A stretch of 64,000 bases of DNA from Pseudomonadota bacterium (GCA_041178085.1 JBEGVZ010000104.1:3719-67718), one strand, 5' to 3'. Numbered from the stretch's first letter, positions 27,376 through 37,808 are shown. Made by a program: numbers and translations. The notes: generated by a model not told the origin, from the letters alone.

Positions 27376-29274
27376 ATGAAGCTGCTCATGTCGCGACTCA
27401 CTGCCCCCGCCCATGCGGTGGTCTGTACCCTGCTCGTTGCCCTGACCTTGCCCGTGCTGGTCACCCTGGAGGCCTCACTGGCCAAGGCGGCGCCCCCTTC
27501 AGCCGGGCTGACCGTCGATCCGCCCGAGGTCGTCCACTGGACGCCAGCCGGAGCAACCCAGGTGGAAAAGGACCTGGTCGAGGTGGCCTTCCGCCTGTCC
27601 ACCAGCCGCGGTTTTGCTCTTTACGAAGATCGGATCAAGTTCGCCCCACCGTTTGGATTTGAGGAAGTCGCACGGACCGCACCGGTCGGAACCGTCAAAC
27701 CTGACCCGATCTCCGGTGAACCCGCGAAACTGATCGAAGGTGGAGAGTTTTCCCTGCGATTCCGGGGCCCTGTTGCCACCCTCGGCGGAAAAGTTCAAAC
27801 CAGCGTGACCTACACGGCATGCGCCGAAGGCGTATGCCTGTTCCCCTACACTGGCAAATTCGAAATTCCCCTTACCATGCTGGCGCCCGGTACCGCGGAA
27901 GCGGCGATTTTGCCCTCGGGGACGGTTGGTACGCCCGCGGTTGAACCCGCGTTGGAAGCCTCTGGGGAAGTTTCAAAGGAGCCCGCCGGCAGCGTAGACT
28001 TCGAGACGGGCCTTGCGCGCAAACTCAAGTCCGGCACCTTGACCCTGTGGGCGCTGCTGGCAATTGTCTTCATTGGCGGGCTGTTGACCAACTTGACGCC
28101 ATGCGTGGCACCGATGATCCCGATCACCATCCGGATCCTGGGCGGGCATGATAGCCATGGCCTGCGCAACTCGTCGCTGTACGCGGCTGGTATCCTGGTC
28201 ACCTACACCATCGCAGGGGTGGCCGCGGGATTAAGTGGCGGTCTGTTTGGCAGCATACTGGCAAATGCCCAGTTCAACCTTTTCTTCGCTGCAGTCATGG
28301 GTATTCTTGGCCTGACCATGCTGGGCTACGGAAACTTCGCGGCGCTGCAGACGCTTGGCACCAGGTTCGGCACAGGAAAACCGTCTGCCCTGAACATGTT
28401 CCTGATGGGGGCCGGCGCCGGGCTGGTGGCATCTCCGTGCACCGGACCGATCCTTGCTGCGTTGCTTGCTTACACGGCAAAATCAGGTTCCTTCGCGGAA
28501 GCTGTCTCGCTGATTGCCACTTACAGCCTTGGTTTCTCGCTGCCATACGTGGTTCTTGGAAGTGCAGCCGCGCGCGTCACCAAGGTTCGTGTGAATTACC
28601 GGCTGCAATTGGTCACCAAACTTGTCTTCGCTTCCGTCATGTTCGCGCTTGCACTCTACTACCTGCGCGTCCCTGCCTATGGCCTGCTGCAATCCATCAA
28701 ACCTTACTTCGACACGCTGACATACATCTTTGCGCCAGTGGGCATCGCAATGGTGCTCGTTTGGATCGCTGTTCCCGCCCTGCACAACTCCAAGGCGGCC
28801 AGCCTGCCACCCGCAGCCGCACTCGCCATCGCCATCTTCTCTGCGAGCCAGCTTTACCTGGCGGGTCCATCCGCTGCAGGGAGCATCGCGACCCAAGACG
28901 CCCTGAAGTGGCACAAGGAAGAGGTTGCAGCCTTTACGGAAGCCAGAATCAGCGGCAAGCCACTCCTTGTCGACGCCTGGGCTGAGTGGTGCGACGCATG
29001 CAAGAAAATGGATGTCACGACTTTTGCTGATCCTGCAGTGATCGCAGAGCTCAAGTCAGGATGGATCCTGCTCAAGCTTGATCTGACAGAGGGCAGCGAT
29101 GCCAATGATGCTCTCCAGGACAAGTATGGCCTGCAAAGCCTGCCGACGCTGACGATGGTCGGACCGGATGGCGACCTTGAGAAGAAAGAGGCGATATCTG
29201 GCTATACGCCGGCGGAAACGCTGCTGGAGCTGACGCGACAATTCAAGAAACAGAGCGCTGGACAGGCACCTTGA
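27376..29274 (+). CDS. dsbD: Thiol:disulfide interchange protein DsbD
   Basis: N-terminal CAEGVC, TM domain TPCVAPMIP and SPCTGP, thioredoxin WCDAC. Confidence 0.92.
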   Translation: MKLLMSRLTAPAHAVVCTLLVALTLPVLVTLEASLAKAAPPSAGLTVDPPEVVHWTPAGATQVEKDLVEVAFRLSTSRGFALYEDRIKFAPPFGFEEVARTAPVGTVKPDPISGEPAKLIEGGEFSLRFRGPVATLGGKVQTSVTYTACAEGVCLFPYTGKFEIPLTMLAPGTAEAAILPSGTVGTPAVEPALEASGEVSKEPAGSVDFETGLARKLKSGTLTLWALLAIVFIGGLLTNLTPCVAPMIPITIRILGGHDSHGLRNSSLYAAGILVTYTIAGVAAGLSGGLFGSILANAQFNLFFAAVMGILGLTMLGYGNFAALQTLGTRFGTGKPSALNMFLMGAGAGLVASPCTGPILAALLAYTAKSGSFAEAVSLIATYSLGFSLPYVVLGSAAARVTKVRVNYRLQLVTKLVFASVMFALALYYLRVPAYGLLQSIKPYFDTLTYIFAPVGIAMVLVWIAVPALHNSKAASLPPAAALAIAIFSASQLYLAGPSAAGSIATQDALKWHKEEVAAFTEARISGKPLLVDAWAEWCDACKKMDVTTFADPAVIAELKSGWILLKLDLTEGSDANDALQDKYGLQSLPTLTMVGPDGDLEKKEAISGYTPAETLLELTRQFKKQSAGQAP

Positions 29275-30923
29275 AGTATTTCCTTCTATACGTCTGCACC
29301 GCGACAAGGGTGGAAGCCACCAAAGCGGCGCTCGCGCGGCTGGAGGCCAAGCCCGTTGAGTCCGCATTCGTGCGTGCTCCCACCTGGGAGATTGACCACC
29401 CGCTGCTGCAGGGCAGGCTGCTGGAAGTCACCATGCTCTCCGATCTGGACGGCATCACGCCGCACTTGCGCCATTTCCCAGTCGACTTGCTGATCTATGA
29501 CGAACGCCCCATGGGCGAAGAGAAAGCGGTCGAAGCCCGGGCCGCGATCAGCAAGATCCGGGACGACGTGGCGGCATTTGCCGAGCTTTGGGGTCCAGAT
29601 TTCCTGTTCCCGATGAGCCGGGTGGTTGCCATCCTGCGCAGTGATGCGAAAGACATGCAGCCCGGGGACCGCCAGGCGGACGTATCCCGAAGCCTTGAAC
29701 TTGGCCGCGTCCAAGTCCGGGACGTGATCATCGATCCACCGCGCACAGCTCAGCTTCTTCGCTGGATCTTCCGTGTGATCGAAAGCCGGCACACAGATCC
29801 CCTGAAAGAACCGGCAAAAACATCGGACTCAAAGGATCAAGGGCGTCCGCGCGCGGGGATCGCATTCAGCGGCGGTGGACTTGAAGGCTTTCTTTTCCAG
29901 ACCGGTTGCCTGCACGCCCTCGAGCAAGCGTTGGATACGAAAAATGGCCGGGACCTGCGCGATTCCGGGGTTTACTCGGGTGTCAGCAGCGGTTCAATCA
30001 TGGCCGCGATGACAGCAGGCGGCGTGCCGACCGAAGAAGTGATCAAGGCGCTGCACGGCAAGTCCGAAAGGCTGCCACCACTGAGCAGCAAGATCCTCTT
30101 CGATGTCGCAGGAATGGACATTGCAAAGCGCATTGGTTTTGAATCCTTGTCATGGTCTGGGCTGGATCCCCAAAAATGGGTCAACAAGATTTTCCGTGCC
30201 TTTCCCACTGGATTTTTCAAGGGTGAAGCGCTGAAAAATTACTTCAAGGAAGCGATCGAGGCATACAAGTTCAAGGATTCGTTCACCGCCAACACCGATC
30301 GCAACAGCGAATTGTATATCGGCGCAACTGATCAGGATTCGTTTGAACACGTCGTGTTTGGCAAGGCACCCTGGGAAGACGTAAGCATCTCAGAAGCCCT
30401 TCGCGCCTCATGTGCACTCCCGCCATTTTTCATGCCGGCAAAAGTCAAAGACCGTTGGTTTGTCGACGGCCAGATCACCAAATCCTGCAACGTAGACTTG
30501 CTGATCGAGCGCGGATGCCAGCTGGTTTTCATCGTGGATCCCCTGAAACCTTATGGAACTCTGGTACCCGGTTCCGTGGATAAGCTGGGCGGCATCTATT
30601 CGACCATCCAGGCGATCAAAGCCCTGGTCTCGACGCGCTTTCACATCACCCTGATGCACTTGACGGAACGTTACCCGGACGTCGACTTCATCGTCTTCCA
30701 ACCGGACGAGGAATGCGCCGAATTGATGTCGGGTTCGCCAATGCGCTACCGGATCCGCACGCGGATCGTGCAACTGGCATACGAACACACGATGCGCCAA
30801 CTGCGCGAACGCCACCAGGTCTACCAGACCAAACTGGAAAAATACGGCTTCAAGCTGCACCCGGTCATGAGGCTCCTGGAACTGGAAAGGGACAATGCCA
30901 AGTTTTTCAAGTCCCTTGATTAA
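29271..30923 (+). CDS. Patatin-like phospholipase with N-terminal extra domain
   Basis: SGGG oxyanion hole, GVSSG nucleophile, ASCALP, DGQ. Confidence 0.87.
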   Translation: MKYFLLYVCTATRVEATKAALARLEAKPVESAFVRAPTWEIDHPLLQGRLLEVTMLSDLDGITPHLRHFPVDLLIYDERPMGEEKAVEARAAISKIRDDVAAFAELWGPDFLFPMSRVVAILRSDAKDMQPGDRQADVSRSLELGRVQVRDVIIDPPRTAQLLRWIFRVIESRHTDPLKEPAKTSDSKDQGRPRAGIAFSGGGLEGFLFQTGCLHALEQALDTKNGRDLRDSGVYSGVSSGSIMAAMTAGGVPTEEVIKALHGKSERLPPLSSKILFDVAGMDIAKRIGFESLSWSGLDPQKWVNKIFRAFPTGFFKGEALKNYFKEAIEAYKFKDSFTANTDRNSELYIGATDQDSFEHVVFGKAPWEDVSISEALRASCALPPFFMPAKVKDRWFVDGQITKSCNVDLLIERGCQLVFIVDPLKPYGTLVPGSVDKLGGIYSTIQAIKALVSTRFHITLMHLTERYPDVDFIVFQPDEECAELMSGSPMRYRIRTRIVQLAYEHTMRQLRERHQVYQTKLEKYGFKLHPVMRLLELERDNAKFFKSLD

Positions 30924-31647
30924 GGGGCGCCTCCTTCGTCGCTACAAGAGATTCTTTGCCGATGTGGAATTGATCGATGCCCACCCAGGCATGGATCCGT
31001 CGGCGCGTGACGGAACGCCTCCCGTCGTCGTCGCACACTGTGCCAATACCGGAACGATGAAAACCTGTGCTGATCCCGGCAGTACGGTTTACCTGTCGTG
31101 GAATCCCGACCCCAGGCGCAAGCTACATTTCACCTGGGAGTACACTGAAATCCCTGGTGGGGGCTTGATCGGCGTCAACACCGGGCGCCCCAATCAAATT
31201 GTCGCAGAGGCAATCACTGAAGGGCGCATCCCTGCCCTTTCTGGATACTCAAATTTGCGCAGAGAAGCCCCGATCAGCAAGCAGTCGCGTTGCGATATCC
31301 TTCTTGACCGCGATGGCAGCGGCAGGGAACTGTGTGTGATCGAAATCAAGAACACGACTTTGAAAATTGACCAATGCGTTGCCTTTCCGGACGCCGTTAC
31401 CGAGCGGGGACTGAAACACCTGCACGAATTGCAACGGCTTGCCAGCGAAGGCGTCCGCAGCGTGATGCTGTTTCTTGTGAATCGCCCGGACGGCCAGGTT
31501 TTCCGCGCCGCTGACGAGATTGATCCGCGCTATGCCAGCGCCCTGCGGGATGCGGCAAAGGCAGGCGTCGAAGTCATGGCCTGGCGCAGTACAAACACCC
31601 TCGCGGGGATGGAAGTCGGCCGCGAGGTTCAGGTTTCGCTCGATTGA
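30895..31647 (+). CDS. sfsA: SfsA family nuclease
   Basis: RYKRFFADV, HCANTGTM, EIKN, FPDAVTERGLKHL. Confidence 0.93.
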   Translation: MPSFSSPLIKGRLLRRYKRFFADVELIDAHPGMDPSARDGTPPVVVAHCANTGTMKTCADPGSTVYLSWNPDPRRKLHFTWEYTEIPGGGLIGVNTGRPNQIVAEAITEGRIPALSGYSNLRREAPISKQSRCDILLDRDGSGRELCVIEIKNTTLKIDQCVAFPDAVTERGLKHLHELQRLASEGVRSVMLFLVNRPDGQVFRAADEIDPRYASALRDAAKAGVEVMAWRSTNTLAGMEVGREVQVSLD

Positions 31648-31670
31648 CCAACAGGACAGGAGTCGCCCAC

Positions 31671-32333
31671 ATGCCCGGAAAGATCAAACAACCCACACTG
31701 ACCCTGTACCATTACTGGCGTTCATCGAGTTCGTGGCGTGTTCGCTGGGGCCTGAAAATCAAGCGTCTGGATTATCGGGATGTGCCGGTGAACCTGCTCG
31801 CTGATGCGCAAAAGTCGCCGGACTACCTGAAAGCCAACCCGGCTGGCCTGGTGCCTGCGATTGAAGTAGACGGCAAGTGTTTTGGTGAGTCGCTGGCGAT
31901 CCTGGAATGGCTCGATGAAACATGGCCAGAGCCGGCTCTGTTGCCAAAAGACCCGCTGGGCAGGATGCACGTCCGCCAACTTGCCCTGCAAATCGCCTGC
32001 AACACCCAGCCAGTACAAAACCTTTCCGTGATGCGCATGCATAGCCAGGACCAGACAGCCCAGCGCGCATGGGCGCAGCATTGGATTGCGAAAGGCCTCG
32101 ATGGCTATGAGAAAATGCTGACCGCGGGCCAGCCCGGGAAGTTCAGCCACGGCGATCAGGTGACGATGGCTGACCTGTGCCTTGTTCCGCAGGTTTACAA
32201 TGCCAAAAGGTTTGATGTCGATGTCGCGCGCTGGCCAATTCTGGAAGGCATTGCAGCACGCTGCATGGAATTGCCGGAATGCAAGGCCGCCCACCCTGAC
32301 AAACAGCCGGGCGCCATCCTGGTCAGTTCTTGA
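31671..32333 (+). CDS. maiA: Maleylacetoacetate isomerase (zeta-class GST)
   Basis: YWRSSSSWRVR, ESLAILEWL, QPVQNL, ADLCLVPQVYNA, AHPDKQP. Confidence 0.92.
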   Translation: MPGKIKQPTLTLYHYWRSSSSWRVRWGLKIKRLDYRDVPVNLLADAQKSPDYLKANPAGLVPAIEVDGKCFGESLAILEWLDETWPEPALLPKDPLGRMHVRQLALQIACNTQPVQNLSVMRMHSQDQTAQRAWAQHWIAKGLDGYEKMLTAGQPGKFSHGDQVTMADLCLVPQVYNAKRFDVDVARWPILEGIAARCMELPECKAAHPDKQPGAILVSS

Positions 32334-34701
32334 TGACCTTTGCCAACAGAAAATCCAGGTACGGCGTCTGGGGCTTTGCAGTCACATACCAGCGCTTGTA
32401 GTAGAAGTAATTGCGCATGATCAGTTTCACGTAGTTCCGGGTTTCCTGGTACGGAATCCGCTCAACGGCAATGAGAGGGTCGTCGAAGGGGATTTCCCGG
32501 GACCATTTATCTGCAGCTGATGGGCTGGCGTTGTATGCAGACAACATCAGCACTGGGTTTTTGAAATTTGCCATCAACCGATGAACGTGGTGAACACCCA
32601 GGGCGACGTTGAGCTCGGGGTCGTTGAGGTTGTTCCTGTCACGCATGGCGCGGGCCAATTTCTCTCGCTTTTCTGGCCCGACATAACCGCGGGACAGCTT
32701 TTGCATTTCACCCCTCGCAGTAGCCGGCATGAGCTGCATAAGGCCCGTCGCGCCCACCGGGGACTGTGCCTTGGGGTTGAACACGCTTTCCTGACGGATG
32801 ATGGCAAAAATGAAGTCAGGATCCACGCCCAGGCGACGGGAATAATCGTGCACCAGGTTTTCGTGGTCACGGGGGAAGAAGATTCGCTCGAATCCGGCAG
32901 GCAAGGCATTACGGTATGCGCGCGGCAAGCTATCCATCAACTTTATGGCGTCAAGCCACTCCTTGCCTGAGTACAATGCCATCGCCCGCGAAGCTGTCTG
33001 ATCCGGATCAGCTTCATTGGTGGCAACCTCACGCAATTCGCAAATTGCCTCTGATGACAGGCCCGCACGCAAAAGGCCAGCAATACGGACCATGGTCGAC
33101 CGGTCTTCACCGCTAAATGGTTCAAAAAGGAAATCAGCACTGAAGCGCGGTGTGCGCGAAGGTTCAATCACATATTTTTTGTTCGTCGTCCGCTCATGCA
33201 TCACGTGGCCAAGGACACCGTAGTAAGTGGAGTAAAGTTCCGACGACAAGCGACGCCAGTTGTGCAAGGCAAGGTCGTGACGCTTCAGGGCCGCCTGCGT
33301 ACGCCCTGACCAAAACAACGAAAAACCCAGCAGGGACGCTGACTTTTTTGCCGCGGGCAACATGTCCTGCTTGCGGATGACGGAGGACAAGGATTCAATG
33401 ATTTCCTTGTGTTCGCCGTCCTCAAAACGCATCAAGGTCAGCGCGGTCAGTGCAGGCTCAAAATTTTCGTGATTGGGATATCTGGCCACGTACCCGGCAT
33501 ACAGCTCCTTGGCCTCTTTGCGTTCGCGGTTGTCATCCAGGATCCGGGCCAGGAGAAAAGTCGCCTCATCGTGCCGCGCGTCATCCTTTGCCGCCTTTGC
33601 CTCATCCCGGAATTGCCTGGCTAAAGCTTTGGCTTCCTCCATCTGGTCAGCATTCCAGTAAAGCGACGCCATGCGCTGCAAGGCACCAGCCTTCCCAGGG
33701 AACCCGAAAATCTTTTCCAGCCGGGGCATGGCTGAAGTCCAGAATGCAATCGCAGGTTGCACGCCACGGCGACGCAAACAACGGCCTATGTTCTGGCCAG
33801 CAGACAGTAAATCCTCGACGACACCTGCTGATTTGGATCCACCAAAGAACGAATCTTCCTTTTCCAGAACGTCGTTGAAAAGGGTTGCTGCCTCCTTACA
33901 ACGACCGTCCTTGACTTCTTCCTTGATGCGAACAAGTGGCTTGCGCGTCTTGTCACCGGAAATCCCCTCAACCAGGCCAGCGAGCCAGGAATGGCGCGCC
34001 ATGGCGGGTTCGATTTCCCCCACCACCGGAGCGATGGCTGGTTTCAACGCGTCCCTGCGGGGCCCAGAAAGATTCGAGAAAAAGACGTCGTATGCCTGAC
34101 GACGATAGGCACCGAACCTGAAATCCCGGATCCTGGTGAACGAAGACACCAGTTCAGCATCACTCATCCGATCGAGGCGCTCCCGGGCGATAGACTTCAG
34201 GAACACCCGGCGACCTGGGCAGCTGCGCGGCGAGACATCAAGAAGCATCGACTCGAAGCGGTTGACTTCTGAATCAGGGATGAATCCCCTCACGACCAGA
34301 GCCTGGATGATATAAGGCAACATCGGATGAACTGCGCGCGCTTCTTTTTTCGCAATCGCGACTTCCTGATCGACAGCCGCGCCAATTTCCTGGATCCGCG
34401 AACCCTTGATGATCCCGGGACCGCGCTGTAACTCGACAAAAAGCCGCATGAGCTTGTCACCACTGGCGGCCAGCTTCTGGTACCGGGGTTCGTCGAGCAA
34501 AGGGACTTGAAGTTGGTCGACATGATCACCGAGCCAGCTCTTGAGGTCAGGGTCGACCTGAGGGCCAGTGCGTGAATCAAGTTGTGGAGGATAGTGCTCC
34601 GGCAAGACTGCTCCGGCCGAGGCGGACGGAAGCAACACAAGCGGCAGACAGACAAGCAAACCGACCGGATTGGTCACTGGAAACCGGCGACTCACAGACA
34701 C
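32323..34701 (-). CDS. Soluble lytic murein transglycosylase (Slt-like, helical N-terminus)
   Basis: Signal peptide, TPR-like helices, IRQES catalytic motif, GATGLMQLMP, AYNA, ETRNYV. Confidence 0.92.
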   Translation of the reverse strand: MSVSRRFPVTNPVGLLVCLPLVLLPSASAGAVLPEHYPPQLDSRTGPQVDPDLKSWLGDHVDQLQVPLLDEPRYQKLAASGDKLMRLFVELQRGPGIIKGSRIQEIGAAVDQEVAIAKKEARAVHPMLPYIIQALVVRGFIPDSEVNRFESMLLDVSPRSCPGRRVFLKSIARERLDRMSDAELVSSFTRIRDFRFGAYRRQAYDVFFSNLSGPRRDALKPAIAPVVGEIEPAMARHSWLAGLVEGISGDKTRKPLVRIKEEVKDGRCKEAATLFNDVLEKEDSFFGGSKSAGVVEDLLSAGQNIGRCLRRRGVQPAIAFWTSAMPRLEKIFGFPGKAGALQRMASLYWNADQMEEAKALARQFRDEAKAAKDDARHDEATFLLARILDDNRERKEAKELYAGYVARYPNHENFEPALTALTLMRFEDGEHKEIIESLSSVIRKQDMLPAAKKSASLLGFSLFWSGRTQAALKRHDLALHNWRRLSSELYSTYYGVLGHVMHERTTNKKYVIEPSRTPRFSADFLFEPFSGEDRSTMVRIAGLLRAGLSSEAICELREVATNEADPDQTASRAMALYSGKEWLDAIKLMDSLPRAYRNALPAGFERIFFPRDHENLVHDYSRRLGVDPDFIFAIIRQESVFNPKAQSPVGATGLMQLMPATARGEMQKLSRGYVGPEKREKLARAMRDRNNLNDPELNVALGVHHVHRLMANFKNPVLMLSAYNASPSAADKWSREIPFDDPLIAVERIPYQETRNYVKLIMRNYFYYKRWYVTAKPQTPYLDFLLAKVIKN

Positions 34702-34711
34702 TCACTCCTGC

Positions 34712-35431
34712 TCAGCGATTCTGGCCAGCCCGCCTGATCGGGGTAACGTCCCCCATCGTAGCACAAGAAGCCGATCCGGTCGCCGGAAGGTTGAGCTGAG
34801 GTTGCAATGCCAAGGTACGAATCTGGAGGGTTTCGGACTCCATCAGGAGGTCTCTCAACAGAGGCTCGAAGCGGTTCAACATGACCTTTGCGCAGGCTTT
34901 CCAGTCGGACTGGCTGCGAGCAAGGGAGAAAGAAGCAAGGTTCTGGTCCAGAAGACGGCCAATCCCCGCGACCGGACCGGGATCGATGGTATCGCTGCCA
35001 GGCAGCCCACCAAGGAGCCCGTGAACGTGATTGATGAGATCCACGACCAGACGGACATCTTCCTGCAATATGCCAAGCTCTGGCAGACGCTCCGCAGGCC
35101 TGCTTTGCCAGGAGTGCACAGCGAGTCCCTTGAGGGTCCCCAGCACAGCTGCCGCGAGGGAGTGGATGGAATCCAAGGTCTGGGCTGCAAGCGTCGAGGG
35201 TGAATCGACCTGGAACTCGAGGCGAGAACCAGCCTGCAACGGTTGCGATCCCGCCGCCCTGGACAAACCATTTTCGCCATACTCCATGACGTTGTTGTCC
35301 AGCACTATGCGAGTCACAAAGCTGCCAGCAGGCACCAGCGTGGACTCAACCCAGGCGATTGCCTGGGCCAGATCCAGCACCGGAACCGGCACGGGAACAA
35401 CGCGGTTATTGACCAAGATTCGCTTGAGCAT
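34712..35431 (-). CDS. Hypothetical protein
   Basis: ATG 35431 (MLKRILVNN); co-oriented and tightly packed between the GT and slt genes. Confidence 0.7.
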   Translation of the reverse strand: MLKRILVNNRVVPVPVPVLDLAQAIAWVESTLVPAGSFVTRIVLDNNVMEYGENGLSRAAGSQPLQAGSRLEFQVDSPSTLAAQTLDSIHSLAAAVLGTLKGLAVHSWQSRPAERLPELGILQEDVRLVVDLINHVHGLLGGLPGSDTIDPGPVAGIGRLLDQNLASFSLARSQSDWKACAKVMLNRFEPLLRDLLMESETLQIRTLALQPQLNLPATGSASCATMGDVTPIRRAGQNR

Positions 35432-35447
35432 CGCCCTGATCCCGCCG

Positions 35448-37307
35448 TCACTTCCTCGTAATTTTTTTCGCCCTTGAGGTGTTGGTGCTGGAAATCTCTG
35501 CAACCAGCTCCAGCGCCCGCTCATCCTGCGGATTGGCCTGAAGGATCTTCTGCAGGGCCTCCATGGCTTCCCCTGCCTTGTTATTCCTGTAATAAGCGCC
35601 AGCAAGGGTGAAGAGCATGTTCCAGTCAAGCGGATGGCGATCGAGGTAGCGGTTGAGCACTGCCTCGAGTTCATTGAACTCATTGCGTTCGTACGACACC
35701 TTGACCAGCGAGAAGATTGCAGCGGTGTTTTCCGGATTCAGCTCAAGCGACTTGAGCATCCAGTTGGCGGCTTCCTTCAACTCTCCCATGCCATGGAACG
35801 CAAGCCCAAGGCCCAGGTTTGCCATTTCGTCTTCCGGAGAAAGGCTGATCGCTTTCTGGAAGTTGATCACAGCAAGGTCATAGCTGTTCTTGAGCAATGC
35901 AACCGTACCGAGGCCAATGAAGCCCCTTGCACAATAGGGATCCTGCATGGTTGCCTTCAGGTAAGCAGCCTTGCCGGACTCCGGGTCGCCAAGCTTGGTG
36001 AAGGAATCACCGATCAGGCGATGCAAGGTTGCCTCATGATGGGCTGGCAGGGTCTGGGTCTTGAGCATGCCTTCGATGATCTCAATGGCAGACAAGTATT
36101 GCTTGGACTGGACCTTCGCCTCGACTTCCTGAATCTGGATGTCGATCGATCCTTTGCCAACAATTTGCGGCACACTGGAGATCCCGTCGAAAACTTCAAA
36201 CATCTCGTCGGCGACGCGGTTCTTTTCAAACAGCTTGGCTGCGGCCGCCGCATTCTTCTTCACAATGTCGTGGACAATTGCTTTGGCAGTGACAGCCTTC
36301 TCGATTGCTTCAGCAATACTCAACGCGGAACCAGGACAGAAGTCGATCCGGTGCTTGCCGACATATTCCTCGATCACCGGGGAACGGCTGGCGAGAATCG
36401 GAATCCCGGCGGACATCGCTGTGACGATGCGGTAGGGGTCGCCCTCCAGACGGTCGCGACTGGAAAGCGCTGAGCAATACAGAGCGTCCGTCGCCATCAA
36501 CACCTTGTTGATCGATTCACGTTCCGGGGCGACATAAACGGCACGCTGATCGATCCCGAGCTGGACAAGGCGCTGGTGCAACTCAGTCGCAAAGCTGCCA
36601 ATTCCACAGAAAACCAGGCGCAAACGGCGTGCGAGTTCGGCGTTGTTATCAACCGCGACCTTGATGCCGTGGGCGAGATCGTAAAGACCTTCCTCCCACT
36701 CCACTTGCCCGATATGAGTGACGACAAATTCACCTTCTGCAATTCCAAGGCTGGCAAGAGCCTTGGCACGGGATTTCGCATCACGGTTGATCCGGGTCTC
36801 GACCCACGGCCGCATGCTGAAGATGCGAGCATCTTCAACGCCCTCCAGCAGCAACGTCTGGCGTGCAGCTGCAGTTTGAACGACGAAGGCGTCGACACAA
36901 TTCGCCACTTCCTGGCGAATGGCAGAGATCTGCTGAAGGTCCGCCCCTGGAAACGGAACCAGGTTGTCGACCCACGCAACCAGATGGAAACGCTTGCGCC
37001 ACTTGGCTTTGACTGCCTGGTAGGCATAGAGCCCAAGGCGCTCCTTGATGACAACGACATCAAACTGCACCAATGTGCTTTCCAGGCCCGGAAGGTAACC
37101 GGGATTGTCGTCGTAATCCTTGAGTGCGATGCACTCAAGGTCTTGGAACCAACTGGTCTGTGTCAAATAACCACAGATTGATTCCGAGGCCACGACACGA
37201 ATATCAAACTTGTCCTTGAGCAGGCGGAACTGGTCGATTTCCTCGACGGTTGGAAGATTGCCGTACACAAGAGCAAGCTTTGGGCGACGCAATTGTTGTC
37301 CACTCAT
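35448..37307 (-). CDS. Glycosyltransferase family 4 fused to TPR repeats
   Basis: GT-B fold features (IGQVEWEEG, AMSAGIPILAS) and several C-terminal TPRs. Confidence 0.8.
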   Translation of the reverse strand: MSGQQLRRPKLALVYGNLPTVEEIDQFRLLKDKFDIRVVASESICGYLTQTSWFQDLECIALKDYDDNPGYLPGLESTLVQFDVVVIKERLGLYAYQAVKAKWRKRFHLVAWVDNLVPFPGADLQQISAIRQEVANCVDAFVVQTAAARQTLLLEGVEDARIFSMRPWVETRINRDAKSRAKALASLGIAEGEFVVTHIGQVEWEEGLYDLAHGIKVAVDNNAELARRLRLVFCGIGSFATELHQRLVQLGIDQRAVYVAPERESINKVLMATDALYCSALSSRDRLEGDPYRIVTAMSAGIPILASRSPVIEEYVGKHRIDFCPGSALSIAEAIEKAVTAKAIVHDIVKKNAAAAAKLFEKNRVADEMFEVFDGISSVPQIVGKGSIDIQIQEVEAKVQSKQYLSAIEIIEGMLKTQTLPAHHEATLHRLIGDSFTKLGDPESGKAAYLKATMQDPYCARGFIGLGTVALLKNSYDLAVINFQKAISLSPEDEMANLGLGLAFHGMGELKEAANWMLKSLELNPENTAAIFSLVKVSYERNEFNELEAVLNRYLDRHPLDWNMLFTLAGAYYRNNKAGEAMEALQKILQANPQDERALELVAEISSTNTSRAKKITRK

Positions 37308-37364
37308 GTCGCAGTCTCCTCCGGATGATTTCGCACCATCACTTAAGAAGGGTCAAAACAGGGT

Positions 37365-37769
37365 TCAAACCTCTCGCTCAACCACAGGCCGGTCAGTCTG
37401 CCCCGACCTGTAATGTCCAATTTTACGGCGGTTCCCCAGGTCCGTGATCACGTCGCGCATCGCTGCCTGTTCCCGCACCAGGGCGGCCGCCAACTCACTG
37501 TCTTGTCGCATCGCCTCGGCGCCAAGAGCTGCCAGCCTCGATTCAAGCTCACCAACCCGCAAGCCCGATGCGCCAAGCCTTTCATCGTGAACACGGAAGT
37601 TGTGCAAAACAAACTTCCTGCGTTCCATCAAGTCCATCGCATCATCCAGGCATCCTGCCGCCAACGCCTGCAGAGCCCGGCCACCCAGGTCCACATAGAC
37701 AGAGAGGGCGTTCACCGCGCTGTCGGCGAGCGGACTCAATTCCAAGTCCTGCAAATTTGCTGGGTTCAT
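37365..37769 (-). CDS. Small helical hypothetical protein (FliT/FlgN-like)
   Basis: 134 aa, coiled-coil character, C-terminal IGHY; family assignment is tentative. Confidence 0.55.
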   Translation of the reverse strand: MNPANLQDLELSPLADSAVNALSVYVDLGGRALQALAAGCLDDAMDLMERRKFVLHNFRVHDERLGASGLRVGELESRLAALGAEAMRQDSELAAALVREQAAMRDVITDLGNRRKIGHYRSGQTDRPVVEREV

Positions 37770-37778
37770 CTTAGCTAT

Positions 37779-37808
37779 ATTTTACGCACTTCAGCTTGCC
37801 CGTGTCAA
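37779..37808 (-). promoter_or_regulatory. Sigma-70 promoter, near-leaderless
   Basis: TTGACA-N18-TAAAAT ending 9 nt before ATG 37769. Confidence 0.65.
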
